DNA from: Fimicolochytrium jonesii
Lineage: Eukaryota
Assembly: GCF_025526975.1 (NCBI RefSeq)
Contig: NW_026515695.1
Span: 124,001 to 188,000 of the forward strand
Reading direction: 5' to 3'
Length of the DNA: 64,000 bases
This document shows positions 63,025 to 64,000 of the stretch, piece by piece. Every line of letters begins with the position of its first letter. Positions within the stretch are counted from its first letter, which is position 1. The notes beneath the pieces were generated by a model. It made no database searches, was not told the DNA's origin, and saw only the letters and a list, made by a program, of their open reading frames with translations. The translations under genes and the position numbers were made by a program.

Positions 63025-63554
63025 TGTTATGGACGACGCGTCCATACCATGCGCTTACCTCATGACAGCATCCCAACAGTCAGTCAATGTCAATTCCCTG
63101 TCAAAACCTGACATCTGCCAAACCTCGCAGCCGCACGCAGCCGCGCTACCCCACACCTGCCACTGCCTTTATTTCTCCACGCAGCCGCACGTAGCCACAC
63201 CTCCCAACACTAGGCGCTTACAAACCCTTCTCCATACTTCCCCACGTACCCGCCCACAGCCTCAGCGTAGCCACCCCATCCCCAGTCTTCTGTTTCTATG
63301 CTTCCCCACCCTTGGCGCTTCTCTTGGCTTCCCTCTCATTCCGTACCCTTCTGCTTCCCCACGCTTCCCCAGCCTTCCCAGAAAAACATAAATAGCCGCC
63401 TCCCCTGAGCTCCCCACTTCCTGATCCCCCAGCAGATCAACACCAGTTCTTCCTAGTCTTGTTCTAGTTCTTGTTTCGGTCTGAATACCATTACCTGTCA
63501 ACAACCTGCACCACAAGTCGCCTCTATTTCCATTGGCTCCGCCCATTCATAACA
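63025..63554 (+). repeat. LTR B copy 3 (530 bp)
   Basis: Appears identical to copy 2. Confidence 0.93.
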
Positions 63555-63605
63555 GTTTGATCTGCTCAACAACCCCCAGCCGCTGTACCTCCACGCCAAA
63601 TCACC

Positions 63606-64000
63606 ATGTCCGACGCCCTTCCCCTCACGGCCGAAGCCTGGCAAGCCATGTGCAATGCGATTGACGAACTTCGAGCGCAGAATACCACCCTACAAGCCGA
63701 ACTAGCGCAAACCCAGACCACTGCCCCTGCCACCCACGCCCCCGAACCCAAAATCAGTCTCCCAGACAAATTTGATGGCACCCGAAGCAAGTTCCGTGGG
63801 TTCCTCAACCAGATCCGGCTCATTTTCGCCCTCCAACCCAGGCGCTACCCCAACGATCAGACCAAGATACGAACTATTGGCACCTACCTCACTGGCACCG
63901 CCCAGGCCTGGCTGGCGCCCCTTGTCGAACAAGACCATGATTCCCTTACGAACCTGGATGATTTCATCCAGCAAATGCAAGCAGTCTTTGGAGACAGCGA
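63606..64000 (+). CDS. Gag, unit B3 (runs off window)
   Basis: Same start and sequence as B2 gag. Confidence 0.9.
   Translation, partial: MSDALPLTAEAWQAMCNAIDELRAQNTTLQAELAQTQTTAPATHAPEPKISLPDKFDGTRSKFRGFLNQIRLIFALQPRRYPNDQTKIRTIGTYLTGTAQAWLAPLVEQDHDSLTNLDDFIQQMQAVFGDS

Larger units (their letters stand above)
58185..64000 (+). mobile_element. Head-to-tail tandem array of truncated Ty3/Gypsy family-B units [LTR-gag-protease]: 58185-60605, 60606-63024, 63025->end
   Basis: Near-identical 2421- and 2419-bp units; both complete units end at the same pol position (...CCAGAGCACC) joined directly to the next LTR's TG; no RT, integrase or polypurine tract. Confidence 0.95.

Overview
Intron-rich eukaryotic DNA from a zoosporic (flagellated, chytrid-like) fungus. 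The evidence is fungal-type housekeeping genes with short GT-AG introns plus the axonemal gene CFAP251/WDR66. Positions 1-50.5 kb are mostly conserved genes: SPT3 (3' part), ORC1, a PAP2 lipid phosphatase, ERV29/SURF4, NDUFB11, UBE2C, PRP5, EMC2, an F-box/WD40 gene, CCZ1, an intronless hybrid histidine kinase, glycerol kinase, CFAP251, an arrestin-like/2xSH3 gene, and a head-to-head MCCC2 / PCCA pair. Decayed HNH, MYND and F-box genes and a 180-bp TA-flanked MITE are interspersed. Positions 52.6-64 kb are a nested mobile region. It starts with the 3' half of an intron-containing Fanzor (eukaryotic TnpB/OMEGA RNA-guided nuclease) on the minus strand, followed downstream by a strongly structured omegaRNA-like segment. 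The Fanzor is interrupted by a Ty3/Gypsy (Tf1/sushi-like, apparently self-priming, -1 frameshifting) LTR retrotransposon. That element's integrase is in turn interrupted by a head-to-tail array of ~2.42-kb [LTR-gag-protease] units of a related family running off the window end. All calls are from manual reading and motif recognition; exon boundaries of multi-exon genes are approximate unless stated.
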